A stretch of 64,000 nucleotides of DNA from Wickerhamiella versatilis (taxonomy: Eukaryota), in assembly GCA_030867685.1 (NCBI GenBank), contig JAQOWU010000007.1, positions 2,418,001-2,482,000 of the forward strand, in the 5' to 3' direction. Numbering within the stretch: the stretch's first letter is position 1; each line of letters begins with the position of its first letter. The position numbers were made by a program, and so were the translations under genes. A model generated the notes under the pieces. It had not been told where the DNA came from, did not search any database, and saw only the letters and a list, made by a program, of their open reading frames with translations. Below are positions 1 through 11,456 of the stretch, one piece after another.

Positions 1-450
1 ACCCCAGACTGTTTTGGCAGTAATTTGTATAGTATTGCTGTCTTTTCCAATCACAAGGGTGTATGACTCGTCCACTCCTTGTTGTAAGTCTGCGACGTCA
101 TCCGACAGACCAATATTAATTGTCGTTAACGGAGGAAGCGAACTCCTCTTGGTCTTCGATGGAAATGTGAAGTTGAGGGCTGCCTCGTACGACGGAAATG
201 GCGCTTCAACTGCGACCGGACTCCACTGTAGGTCTACTATAGTGTCATAGGCACGATTCCACGCATCCACGAGCAGTTCAGATGAGCTATTACTGATAAA
301 TTGAATGTTCGAAGCAAGTACTTTAGCACCATCGCCTGACCATGTTGATTTAACTGGTTTGGGTAATGGGTTTACCTTTGGCGAAAAAGCTGAGGTGTTG
401 GTACAGGCTACTGGACCTACTAGCAGAAGAAGCAGAGTAGCTGTTTTCAT
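1..450 (-). CDS. HEX1: Secreted beta-N-acetylhexosaminidase (GH20), 5' part; runs off the window edge
   Basis: Not in the ORF track; translated by hand from ATG at 450: MKTATLLLLVGPVAC (signal peptide)...VNPLPKP...LLVDAWNRA...KR (Kex2-like)...ADLQQGVDESYTLVI...IQITAKTVWG. This matches the fungal GH20 N-terminal domain. The frame is open for 150 codons to position 1. Confidence 0.88.
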   Translation of the reverse strand, partial: MKTATLLLLLVGPVACTNTSAFSPKVNPLPKPVKSTWSGDGAKVLASNIQFISNSSSELLVDAWNRAYDTIVDLQWSPVAVEAPFPSYEAALNFTFPSKTKRSSLPPLTTINIGLSDDVADLQQGVDESYTLVIGKDSNTIQITAKTVWG

Positions 451-1049
451 GGCGTTTGTAAGGCTAAAGCTCGATAAATCCCACATCCTACATTATATAT
501 GAAGGCCTCAAATACTTGCCGATCATTCCTAAAAAGGTAAGTGCCCGAACCCTACTGTTAATAATGATAATGTTAAGATAAGAGACATTCAGAGAGGATA
601 GCAGTGTGTCGAGCATCTATATGTACGGGCTAGAAAGTAACGAATTCAGCAATGCGATTTAGGAAGGGACTTTATTTGTGAACCAGTGTGGTTTATCAAC
701 ACACTGAGTTCCGCCTTAACTTCCTTTAGCCATTTTACATTATTATTTATTCAAAGCATCAAATGAGTCTGTTAATTAAGCATAACTCAGGTACACTATG
801 ATAATTCTTATTTCCACTGCGATCATGACACAATCTGTAGTCAAGGTTGCCGTTCAGGCATATCCCTCTGATCGCAGCACGATTCCACCTAGTGACAGTG
901 CACGAGAAATTTCAGACAGGAATCAAGTTAAAGGATCAGTAAATTGGTTGGTTTGAGGAGAGAATCAGTAACTGATGTCTAGTTCTCCCTATTTCTCAGT
1001 GTATGTAAAGGTAGTGAGTGGTAATATTATTTACTTCAAAAGCAAAATC

Positions 1050-2222
1050 CTAAGTAAACCTGTCGAACTTAAATGGAGACATATCAATACCTACATCCTC
1101 TCCCACAATTGTTTTGGCAACAGCTTCACCAACTCCTGCAGAATTCTTGAACCCATGTCCTGAACACGCCGATACAACAAACACATTTTGCATCTCTGGA
1201 TGATAATCAATCAAAAAATTACTATCTGGTGTAAAAGTTAAGAGACATGCAACTCTGTCTAAGACCTTATCAGAGACGCCCTTCAAATGTCCTTTTACGT
1301 GAGTCTCAACGATATCTCTTGCCTCCTCGTCCGTCACGACTCGGTCCAGCTTGTCAGGAGTTGTGACGCTATGAAGATTTTCACTGCCAATCTTGACCGA
1401 ATTTTCCTCGAGCACAGGCGGGAAGCCATAAAAGTAGCCGCTTTCGCCACAGCCATCTTCCCAGATATATATGGGTGAACCAGCTGGAAACTTGTACCCG
1501 TTCTCCAACTCCAACCAGAAAAGAGTCTGACGCCTTACCTCAAACAAATTTTTGTATTTATCTCCAAGCAAGTAAGATATCCAGGCCCCGGCCGCCACGA
1601 TAGCCTTCCCAGCATGTATAATCAAATTGTCACTACTGACTTTTACCCCCGATTCGGTCTCCTCAACTTTTCTTATGGGTTCATCCGTATATACTCTCGC
1701 ACCATTAGACTTAGCATGCTTGAGCTGGGTGTCAATGCACCTTTCTGGGAAGATATAGCCCGCCCCGGGCTCATAATACGCTATATCATCCTCACGCATT
1801 CCGGCAAACTGCGGATACCTCGATACAACACTGCTCCTATCAAGCTTCTCATGCTCAATGCCAAATTTTTCTGCGGCCTCAAAGGTATTTTTGAGGAAAT
1901 CTCCATCCAAGTGCCCATTAGGACCATTTCCCATGTTTCCTATCATGACTGCGCCACACTGCTCAAATAGCTTGGCCCCGGTCTCACTTTCTAGCTCTCT
2001 CCAGCGCTTATGGGATGCCAATACAAACGGAACATATATGGTCCCTTCACCTAGAGCCTGACGAGTAATGCGGGTGCTGCCGTGGCTCGAGCCACGATCG
2101 TGAGGAGGTGTAAACCGGTCCACACCTACCACATCCACACCCCTAATCGCCAACTGGTCCAATATCGCGGAGCCCATCGCACCTAGTCCAACCACAACAA
2201 CCTCGCAGTTAATCTCAGCCAT
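1050..2222 (-). CDS. solA: FAD-dependent N-methyl-L-tryptophan/monomeric sarcosine oxidase family (SolA/MSOX-like), copy 1
   Basis: VVVVGLGAMGSA Rossmann motif, DRFTPPHDRGSSHGSTRITR, ACLLTFTPD (FAD-attachment Cys), SACSGHGFK. First ATG at 2222. Confidence 0.9.
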   Translation of the reverse strand: MAEINCEVVVVGLGAMGSAILDQLAIRGVDVVGVDRFTPPHDRGSSHGSTRITRQALGEGTIYVPFVLASHKRWRELESETGAKLFEQCGAVMIGNMGNGPNGHLDGDFLKNTFEAAEKFGIEHEKLDRSSVVSRYPQFAGMREDDIAYYEPGAGYIFPERCIDTQLKHAKSNGARVYTDEPIRKVEETESGVKVSSDNLIIHAGKAIVAAGAWISYLLGDKYKNLFEVRRQTLFWLELENGYKFPAGSPIYIWEDGCGESGYFYGFPPVLEENSVKIGSENLHSVTTPDKLDRVVTDEEARDIVETHVKGHLKGVSDKVLDRVACLLTFTPDSNFLIDYHPEMQNVFVVSACSGHGFKNSAGVGEAVAKTIVGEDVGIDMSPFKFDRFT

Positions 2223-2923
2223 TATCACAAGGTTAACTCGTTATCTATATTATTCATCAATAATTCTGGTGAATGGCATCCTGAGCCGAGCTTCAGTCAA
2301 GGGTTGGCGAACCATTTGCATCGTCGGTATCCTGAGCTCGAGAGTGTATATAATATAGATGAGCCAATAATTATTCACCAAGTCAAACTATAAACTTAAA
2401 TATTAATTGGACCAAGGTCCTGAGTACGCATTAGCCGGTGGCATAGTGATGCCGGTTGAGGGCATCTTCTACAAGTTCATCGGGTAATCGGATCATTTAG
2501 GAATTTCTACTTTTTCTCCACCGATAAGTTTTTTGCATGCCGCACGATGATCTTACCTTAATGGGTCCGGGGTGGAAGGGAAGTCATTTCTGGTACACCC
2601 GCAGCCTAATGGGCTCTCGTCAGAGTGTGACTTGATAAAACTAGTGAGTCAAGAGCGGAGAATGTTCATGTATTGCTGGATGCTCACTCCAACTAATAAT
2701 GATTACTTGCGATGGTGATACGACATTATACTGGACTCGAGCATTCTTAAAGTTTATTAAGCCTATAGTGTTCATAGCCGAAAGACCACTACGCAGTAAA
2801 TATATCCCTAGTGATCTTAAATGGACCTTTGCTACCATGTCTGGTAATAATTAACTTCATTAAACTGCTTTTATACACAGATAAATATGCTTACGAATCG
2901 ATCGTGTTCATGACTTAGGAATT

Positions 2924-4510
2924 TCACAGAGCATACCTGAACTCTGGATTTTCTAAATCGGTGAGATCTGCGAACTCGGGATCCTCTATTTCCGGTGGTA
3001 GCTTCTCATCACGTTTATCGCGCCGCCAGTTGCGCCAGACATTTAGTAGCAATAACATAATCATTACGCCAAGGGAAGCCGCCATTGTCGCTGCCATCGT
3101 CGCCTTCCCTGTGGGATAGGAAGGCTTCTCACTGTCTTTGAAACTTTGAGGTCCGCAGAGGTTACCCACACACATAAAAATATAATAGAGGGCGTCAACA
3201 GTGAGCATTTTCGTGTATCCGCCGGTATTAGAGGCGATATTGGACAGCAGGGCGATGATACCGACGTTTATGGTGAAATTTGCTCCAAAGAGAAACCCAA
3301 AGAACTGGGAACCCTTATTGGGCCCCCAAGCAAGCAATGCGAGCCCGAGCACAGTGGCCGCGGTAAAGAATACGGAATACACAGTGCGGTGATTTTTGAA
3401 GAAGAACATTGCGCAGATTCCGATGAGTGTGCAGCCCACAAGCTCAACGCCGCCAGTTGTTGTACCAATGAGCAATGACTGGCCCACCGACGAAAACCCA
3501 AGACCCTCTATCAGCAGATTGGCGAATCCTGTAGAGGCTCCATTTGGGATCATGGAGAGCAGGGCGTAGCAACAAGCCAGCCAGGTCGCTGGGTCAAGGA
3601 CAGCTTCCTTTATCTGATACACCTTGATGACGGGTGTGCCGTACCGGGAGGACGAGTTATGCTCTTGAATGATATGGACATGCCATTCGCGCTCATCCTG
3701 GGTGAGGAACCAGGCTTCGAGAGGGTTGTCTGGCATGTGAAAGTAAAATATGATACTGGTGACCAGTGTTAGTGACCCAAAAACGATGAGCAGTAGACGC
3801 CATGGTGCGATGCTGATATTATCGCGATGTATATAAATTCCGTATGCGAACGAGTTTGTCAATATCGGCCCAATGCCCTCCCATCCAAGCCAAAAACATG
3901 TGCGGCTGAAGTGGGCATGACGAGGAACCCACTGGGCGGTGATGGCATTGAACGCAGGCGTCATGGTGGCCTCAAAGATGCCCAGGAGCACCCGAGTGGT
4001 TATCAGACCAGCGTAGCTATGGCTTGCTGCCGATACAGTGAGAACCACTGACCACAAGAACAGAGATATTGCCGATACCCTGGAGATCCCAAACCGCTGC
4101 ATCAAGTACACTGCAGGCAGCTGGCCAAAAATTGAGCCGAGGTAGAGGCTACTTGTGACCCAGGACAGCATGCTGCCTTGCATATTGAGGTCCTCCGTCA
4201 TGCCAAGAACACCACATCCGCTTACAACGCCCCTGTCCGCAAGCTGGAGGGCATAGCACCACCCCATGAAAGGAAATAAATACAGATCGGTCTTGAGGGC
4301 AATCCGGCGCCGTACCTCGGATGGCACTGCCTCATTTTCGTGGGAGTTATGTACGTACTTCAGGGCGATATCGCCCTGAACGTGCTCCTTCAGGAATCGG
4401 CGACTGTGATGCTGGTCATCCCGCTCAAAATACTCCACCTGTCCCTCTTCGAGGCTGCGTGAGCGTTCAATTAGCCCTTCCTTCTTCTCTGTGCTAATTT
4501 CACCATTCAT
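2924..4510 (-). CDS. MFS allantoate/dipeptide permease (DAL5 family, anion:cation symporter)
   Basis: KTDLYLFP, RVLLGIFEA, WRLLLIVFG, PDNPLEAWFLT, SNTGGYTK, GNLCGPQSF and C-terminal FADLTDLENPEFRYAL, all typical of the DAL5 family; about 12 hydrophobic segments. Confidence 0.92.
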   Translation of the reverse strand: MNGEISTEKKEGLIERSRSLEEGQVEYFERDDQHHSRRFLKEHVQGDIALKYVHNSHENEAVPSEVRRRIALKTDLYLFPFMGWCYALQLADRGVVSGCGVLGMTEDLNMQGSMLSWVTSSLYLGSIFGQLPAVYLMQRFGISRVSAISLFLWSVVLTVSAASHSYAGLITTRVLLGIFEATMTPAFNAITAQWVPRHAHFSRTCFWLGWEGIGPILTNSFAYGIYIHRDNISIAPWRLLLIVFGSLTLVTSIIFYFHMPDNPLEAWFLTQDEREWHVHIIQEHNSSSRYGTPVIKVYQIKEAVLDPATWLACCYALLSMIPNGASTGFANLLIEGLGFSSVGQSLLIGTTTGGVELVGCTLIGICAMFFFKNHRTVYSVFFTAATVLGLALLAWGPNKGSQFFGFLFGANFTINVGIIALLSNIASNTGGYTKMLTVDALYYIFMCVGNLCGPQSFKDSEKPSYPTGKATMAATMAASLGVMIMLLLLNVWRNWRRDKRDEKLPPEIEDPEFADLTDLENPEFRYAL

Positions 4511-4571
4511 GACGTATATCTAACAATGCGTAGTTGCCGTCTGTGCTACGTAATGAAACTGAGACTGACTA

Positions 4572-4795
4572 GATAACTAGTTAGACGAGTAGGGAGAGGG
4601 TCAGGGCCACTTATCTATGGGGTTTGGGTTTATATATTTGTATATTGAGATCATGAGCCTTAGTGACCATATTGGTTAGCGTAGATAAGGAGTTCTGGTT
4701 TTATTTCAGGTCTACATAATATCTCCTATAGTTTTATTAGGCACCCAAAACTAACCCAGTCTATATCCCTAGTAACGGAAGCTTGCTATCTTATC
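4572..4795. promoter_or_regulatory. Cluster of GATA sites in the divergent permease/oxidase promoter
   Basis: CTTATC at 4610-4615 and 4790-4795, GATAAG at 4684-4689, GATAAC at 4572-4577. GATAAG is the nitrogen-catabolite GATA-factor element. Confidence 0.5.
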
Positions 4796-4909
4796 ATATT
4801 GTCACACCAAAACCACGGTACTGCTGCAGACTAAGCTCAAACCTTCGTCCCTAGAAAGTCGTGAAACAATGACTAACTTTTCTAAGAGCGCGCACCGTAC
4901 GCAACCACT

Positions 4910-6094
4910 ATGGCCGTCAAAGAAGTAGAGTGCGACATCGTTGTAATTGGTGTTGGGGCCATGGGATCTGCAACACTAGATCAGCTTGCTATGAAAGGGG
5001 TCAACGTCGTAGGCGTAGACAGATTCGCCCCACCACACGACCGAGGCTCGAGCCACGGTAGCACCCGTGTAACCCGCGAATCCTTAGGAGAAGGGCCTAT
5101 GTATGTCCAATTTGTGCGTGAATCCCACAAAAGATGGAAAGAACTAGAGAAGGAATCTGGGGAAAAGCTGTTTAAACAGTGCGGTACAATTATGATAGAC
5201 GAATCCCATAAGGATAATGTGCCTGACATGGAAGATGATTTCATGAAAAATACATTCGACGTCGCCGAAAGATATGGTATTGAGCACGAGAAGCTTGATC
5301 GAGAGCAAGTTGTGTCGAGGTTCCCCGCATTGTCTGGAATGAACGTGGACGATGTTGCATACTATGAGCCGGGTTCTGGCTATGTTTGCCCCGAGAAGTG
5401 CATCGATGCCCAAATCAAGCATGCGATATCCAAAGGGGCCAGGATGTTCACAAACGAAGTTGTGACCAGTATTCGGAACACTGAATCTGGGGTCACTGTG
5501 AGCACGGATAATTTACTAGTTAAGGCCAGCAAAGCTATTGTGTCAGGAGGGGCCTGGATACCTGATATTCTTGGAGAGAAGTACAAGAAATTGTTTACGG
5601 TGAGACGCCAAGTAATATTTTGGTTCGCCTTGGAGCAACCCAATCATTTTACCCCGGAATCTCCTGTCTTTATATGGGAGGATGGCATGGGGGATGCCGG
5701 ACACTTCTATGGATTTCCTCCCCTTCCAGGTGAGGACTCGATTAAAATTGGCACTGGACAGCGTCGCACCACCACTCATCCTGACAACCTCGATCGGACG
5801 GTAACCGATGAGGAGGCCAAAAGTATTCTGGACACGCATTTGAGGGGGCGAATTTCAGGAGTCTCGGAGAGACTTGTTAAAGCATATGCCTGTCTCACCA
5901 CATATACGCCTGATAATAATTTTATCCTAGATTATCATCCAGAGATGCCCAACGTATTCGTTGTTGCTGCGTGTTCTGGACATGGTTTTAAACACTCTGC
6001 CGGGGTCGGGATAGCTGTCGCAAAGAAAATCGTTGGTCAAGATTCAGAATTCGATTTATCGCCGTTTGGATTTAATAGATTTTCTTTAGACTAG
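4910..6094 (+). CDS. solA: SolA/MSOX-like FAD oxidase, copy 2
   Basis: IVVIGVGAMGSA, DRFAPPHDRGSSHGSTR, ACLTTYTPD, ACSGHGFKH; collinear paralog of 1050-2222. Confidence 0.9.
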   Translation: MAVKEVECDIVVIGVGAMGSATLDQLAMKGVNVVGVDRFAPPHDRGSSHGSTRVTRESLGEGPMYVQFVRESHKRWKELEKESGEKLFKQCGTIMIDESHKDNVPDMEDDFMKNTFDVAERYGIEHEKLDREQVVSRFPALSGMNVDDVAYYEPGSGYVCPEKCIDAQIKHAISKGARMFTNEVVTSIRNTESGVTVSTDNLLVKASKAIVSGGAWIPDILGEKYKKLFTVRRQVIFWFALEQPNHFTPESPVFIWEDGMGDAGHFYGFPPLPGEDSIKIGTGQRRTTTHPDNLDRTVTDEEAKSILDTHLRGRISGVSERLVKAYACLTTYTPDNNFILDYHPEMPNVFVVAACSGHGFKHSAGVGIAVAKKIVGQDSEFDLSPFGFNRFSLD

Positions 6095-6954
6095 AGGTCA
6101 AGTCAAGCCATTGCGCTTCTGCCTTATATATACAGATTGGACCTCTAATATTGGCCTGTGTTGGCCTATATATGCTTATGGAGACGGTTACTTACGCAAA
6201 TATAACCTGGATTTGATCTTTTTAGGTGCAGCTGGGTGGTACTTTAAAATACAGTCCCCCTTGATGAACAGCAGATCTCATGATTTACCAAGGATTGCTG
6301 ACACATTGGTATGAAACATTCAGTCAGAAAGGCTAGCTAGCTTACAAACTGCTAGGCAAAAATCTACGAATATTAATGGATATTACTGGGCGCCTATCCT
6401 ATCGCTCACTCAAAGGGCTATGACCCACATAGACAGAATAAACTTAAGCAGGGATTTTGTTCATGGAATCAAAGCTAGTCCCATAAAGTCCTAGTGCCAG
6501 CTAATGCGCTCTTCATGCATTTGTCAATGACTCGTGATGTTTCACACAATTGATTGTCATTGTCCTCTCACATCACACGCATATGGGTATTCACTGATAC
6601 CATCCACCTTGCAGCTGCTGTAAGTAGAACATTGTCGAGAAAACGTCTTTGTGTTCATAAAACGCTTCTCCAATACATAGGCTGACCACTCTACTCGTAA
6701 AGCTAATTCCGTGGACAATATGAGCACCTATGGGGATTTGGGTCGACTAATCGGTGGCTTTGTTGCATGCACGCACTATTGGCCAACTACTCCGTCTATT
6801 GAAACATATAGACCAATAAAAAGTCGCGATCTATATTTGTTCTAGTTAATCATCCTCAGCCCCACCCAGCCTTCCTCATACCCAAAGTGACCTCCTACGA
6901 TTTCATTCGCATTTATTTTTCACATATTCGCATCAGCATATGCTGTAAATTCTC

Positions 6955-7054
6955 NNNNNNNNNNNNNNNNNNNNNNNNNNNNNNNNNNNNNNNNNNNNNN
7001 NNNNNNNNNNNNNNNNNNNNNNNNNNNNNNNNNNNNNNNNNNNNNNNNNNNNNN
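6955..7054. other. Assembly gap (100 N)
   Basis: Run of exactly 100 N, probably a placeholder of unknown true size. Confidence 0.99.
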
Positions 7055-7928
7055 CTAAATAGAGTCTATACAGCCTCTCCCGCAACGTTGTCAATGCTGG
7101 TCATGCAGTGGTTCGGGTAGTTTATGTAACTTAAAAAAGCGATCTGCATTGACCAGTTAGTTCGCTTGCGAAAATCATATGCTTATTGTGGCAGTGACAG
7201 CCCTTTGAGCTGCGTTCCGCCGGAATCGGCAAATATGCATCTAGTCTAGTCAGTATACCGACCCGCGACCATCGTCACATGCGAAGTACTGGAGTCGTAG
7301 TTAAAGATGCGGCCACATAAATAGTCTATATTAGTTATAGGACTTCACTCACCGAGGCAAATTCTCTATTTTCAATTCCATTATAGGTGCCCACTACGTG
7401 CCCACTTCATATGTTTGCTAGCACGGTAGTACTTGGGCTGGGTTCGGGTTCAGCAAACGACTGACGCATATTCCCTCTCTCAACTTTTGCATTAATGGCT
7501 CTCTCGCGGTGCTCTATCTATATTGCATTGTCCAACGAACGCTTCGAGCAGCCGAATGCTATCCTTCTAATTTTAGTGAAGTCATGTACATTCACCCCAC
7601 CCTAGTATTTTTGTTTCACCCAATAGGGTCATGATCTTCCCCTCGTTAATTAGTAAATATGTAAGCTACTGAGTCGAAAACCGATTAAAGCTCTGCCAGA
7701 AATCCAACCTGGAATATAAATTGGAATAATTGAAGAATAGTTGTAAATAACTAGCTTCCATTTTGCTCGCAACCGCTTAAACCCTGACACTCATATACAT
7801 ATTCGTTGCGGCGAATTATTACATATATCACGATCACTACGATATATGCAGGAGGGTTGGGTAAACGTCCCTTGCGTAACCTTTAAAACAGACGGTTACA
7901 CCGTTAATGATTCTCATCTGAAATCGCA

Positions 7929-8618
7929 ATGGTACAAACTAAAACTCTTCTGGGACTACAGGCTGTTTTGCAGCTGGCAGCATGTCAAGGTGTTACAACT
8001 AGCCCATCCTCCCTTCCAACCAGCACCATCCCGTTCACTAGTCCGGCTACCCTTTCGGTAAGCGTTCCTAGTGCCACTGCAACCTGTCAATGTAATAACG
8101 ATGGTATCGTCGATGAAATCACTAGTGCCTTGGGCAAAGCTGTTGATGCCGCTGCTAACGTCTTCCAGTCGGGTTTCAATGTTTTTGATCTTCCTGAGCA
8201 TATCAACTCATTGCAGTCGGTGTTTAATGACCTTGCTGGTATCTCCGGGAACATTGATTGTGTCAGCTATGACAGCCAGGCCAAGGTTTTGGACGTCCTT
8301 TCTCAGGTATTGGAAATAGTTCATCAGCTACTGGAGGGCATTAACTCGTTTGGAATTGTGGAATTTATTTCTCCACTTGTGCCAGGCCTTAATTTGATAA
8401 ATGAGGCAATCTCAGGTACTATTGTTCAACTTAACGGTGGACTGTCGCGACAACCGTGTTGCGTGTTGACGGGATCGGTGAATGGATCATCTAAGGAAAT
8501 CGATGATGTGAACACTGTCATTGATGCCATAAACGTGATTTTGCCCCTCGCCAAGTTGAACCATATTTCTGGATTCGATTTCACCTCTTCATCTGGTCAA
8601 TGCACCGCGTCAGCTTAG
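7929..8618 (+). CDS. Secreted six-cysteine protein of unknown function, copy A
   Basis: Signal peptide, short S/T/P linker, Cys pattern CxC...C...CC...C, amphipathic helical body; clear paralog of the ORFs at 11457 and 13074. Confidence 0.8.
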   Translation: MVQTKTLLGLQAVLQLAACQGVTTSPSSLPTSTIPFTSPATLSVSVPSATATCQCNNDGIVDEITSALGKAVDAAANVFQSGFNVFDLPEHINSLQSVFNDLAGISGNIDCVSYDSQAKVLDVLSQVLEIVHQLLEGINSFGIVEFISPLVPGLNLINEAISGTIVQLNGGLSRQPCCVLTGSVNGSSKEIDDVNTVIDAINVILPLAKLNHISGFDFTSSSGQCTASA

Positions 8619-10100
8619 ACTGAAGTATTGTCCAGTAGTAAATTGTTATTTCTTTCATTAGTTAACTTAGCCATAGACAGCTCAAAATGCTCTAACTTAG
8701 TTGATATGGTTGTTTGCTCGCTCTTAGTGTTATCTTCCGTCTTTTTTCCGTACCGTCTTCTGTCAACCACTCAGAGGTGGCAGCTGGCGGCTCCGACGGT
8801 TCCGACGGCACCGTTAGCTCCGATAGTTCCGATAGCTCCGAGGACGAGGCATGTGGAGCTCTTTGCAGTTCCTCAACGTCCTGGTGTGTGTTGGTCGCAG
8901 TAAAAGCTACGGAAATGCTGCCGCCAAAATTAAAATTGGATATTCACATATCTTCGGGCATTAATTTTTTGTTCTTGATCAAAACCTAGCAAGCGATGGC
9001 GTGAAACTGCGGTGGCAGCAAATTTGCCGAGCTTGAGAGAAAACGGCATAGGAGCCGCATTCTATACCTTATAATCACAAATCGAAAGCACAAATTGATC
9101 TCGCTGCATCCTGACTCTTTCAACCCGTCCAGAGACGATCTTCAGACTCGACTAGCTGCATGCCGAGGTATGTACCATTGGCATTCAGCGTCACGAGCCG
9201 TGAACAAACCACGCAAAATAGCCTACTGTTTCGCATCACTGTCCTGGTCGGTATCTTGGCCCATAACCTGTGGTGACGGGGCGAAATTTGCCAATTTTCG
9301 CATAAGAAGCATAACTCCGAGCACAGACTTAATTTGTACTCAACCACAGAGCTATCCTGGAACCTCCATTATTCTGGTTGGGTCTCTTGTCACTCTAAAC
9401 ATCATTTTGCTAGACCACAGTCGCAAAAACATTCGAATAATATATCAGCTAACTAACCCGGTTCTCCACAGGTGAGCCTGTATACTTTGCACAGCCATTT
9501 GGCCAGGAATTGGCATGAACTCTACCTGTGAGCTATCAGCACAGCGTAATAATTTCAGACTTGTGACATGTGATAGTTGATCTACCCAGGGGATCGTCCC
9601 CACCCGGCATCTAGATGGAAATACATAGTGTGGACGCGATGGCTATCCCAGTAATTCGATGAAACAGTTCCGAATGGTTAAACTCACCAGAGTTTGCGTT
9701 ATGTACCGAGTATTCGACGGCAGCACCATTTAGCTGTAAATGCACATCCTGGGTGGGGCTTGGAGCTGTCAACTGCCCATTGTTGGGACTGGAGGTCACT
9801 ACATGCGGTTCATGCGGCCTTCTGGCGGTTCATGTGGCAAAATGTGGCGGAAGAAGAGAATGGGTTCTCTATATGCGACTCCTAAACCTACCTAGCCATA
9901 CAGACACTATACGCCAGTCTGGAATCTTCTGGTTCTCCCATAGAGTTTCCTCCAGAAGGCGAATTACGAATACGACTCATATTGGCTTTACATGCAGCAC
10001 TTTCTTCTCGCCTTTGTGCATGCAATGACAAATGTGTTAAAGTAGGGTTCTACTGCCATCATTTAGGTGTGCGCATGGTAGGCTACTAGCTTTTGCAGAC

Positions 10101-10197
10101 ATGCTTTGATCTGGAGTGTTTGCCCCTCTGCTGGCAACCGGCTGCTGCTCGTAACGTCTCGCTCAGCGGGAAGGTTCACACCTTCAGCAACGAAAGT
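10101..10197 (+). pseudogene. 5' relic of the beta-propeller/GPI gene at 15228
   Basis: ATG CTT TGA TCT GGA...GCA ACC G GCT GCT GCT CGT AAC...CAC ACC TTC AGC AAC GAA AGT versus intact ATG GTT AGA TCT GGA...ACC GCT GCT GCT CGT AAC...: stop at codon 3, +1 frameshift, homology ends after about 32 codons. Confidence 0.85.
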
Positions 10198-11456
10198 GCA
10201 CACCTATCGTGTACGCTGGATGATTTGAATAGAAAGTTTTGTTGAAAGAAAAGTAATATGCTCACATAAGTTTTTCCTATAGATAAGTTGATTGCAAGGG
10301 CAGTAATTACATGAAAAAAGAGTCACGGCTTACACTTCGTAAGCAATTAATGCACATTCCAGGCTAGATACGCTTCCTTATACGCACGATGCCCTTCTCT
10401 CATGCCTCAATTAAATTTTTCCGTTTGCCCGTTCTGTCTTCCTTATCTGTCAATCACAACGTACATATCGTATAGATTTAGCTTGTAATATCGAAGGTCG
10501 AAGGCCGATCACGCAGCGGTAGGATTGGCTACACTAGACGAAGTAGTAATGCGATCATCGTCGGTGTGCCGACTCTTTCCCAATTTAGATTCTTATTGGA
10601 GTAGATTTCGCCCACCCATCGGGCTCCTCCGATTAGCTGCTACGTAAGTTTGAACCTTCATAAGGTCGAACAGCTACTGGATCAGCATATTAAGTAGCAT
10701 GCCCTGTTGCTTCGGCGAGCAATCTATACTAAATAGCTCCGGATGCTACCCGAATGATTAGCGAGAACCCTAATATAAGCCAAGTACACTAAGAAAGATA
10801 TTCGCTGATGTACGTGGTTAGTCATATACACGACGACAATCCTGTCAACAGATGGCGATTGTCACATGTGATGCGCGCTATATGAAGACGGGCCACAACT
10901 CTAGTTGAATTCAGCAATCGGGCATCAGAAAATTGACACAATTTTTTACCCTGATATAGATTGCCACGTGCTATTAGTCGAGATCCGATGATTTCTGGTG
11001 CCCAAATACCCTAGGTTTAGGGTGGGCGCGGCGCTCGCTTCTCCTCTCTCTCTCCCCAAAAATCTATTTGATCGCGAAAATACAGTGGGTCACTAGGCAG
11101 CCCAATGATTATTTTCGAGGTAAGTATTTTCCCTGGGAAAACACATTTCCTGCTCGATGATATTTGTCTTACCCTATGGGGCTGGATCTCCCTCCGTTTC
11201 TTACTAATGGTATTGACCGAGGCGAATAAACATGTTAAAACTTGTATAGTAATGAAATAATTAAAAACTTTATTCTATATCGATACATACCTCCTTCCTC
11301 GGCCTCGTGAAAACACTTGATCTCCCGTGCGCAACGTTGCTGCGACAATATTTTACAAACACCCGAACCACCGTTACGTGCATAAAGATGTAGGGTTACG
11401 CGCGTCAATCGTGGAGCATTTAAATCGGTCTTAACGCTCTCAGCTTCGGGTTGATT

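Larger units (their letters stand above)
7850..10197 (+). repeat. Older segmental duplicate of approx. 13000-15325
   Basis: Collinear non-coding blocks: approx. 9250-9310 matches 14045-14105; 9505-9580 matches 14215-14290; 9865-9905 matches 14565-14605; 9925-10197 matches 15050-15325. Boundaries are approximate. Confidence 0.75.

Noticed and set aside
14-502. Plus-strand ORFs 14-250 and 305-502
   Set aside because: Antisense shadows of the minus-strand GH20 gene; no motifs.
6100-7800. Short ORFs and possible decayed coding sequence around the N gap
   Set aside because: Frames I translated are riddled with stops and show no recognisable family; the ORF at 6887-7120 only spans the Ns.
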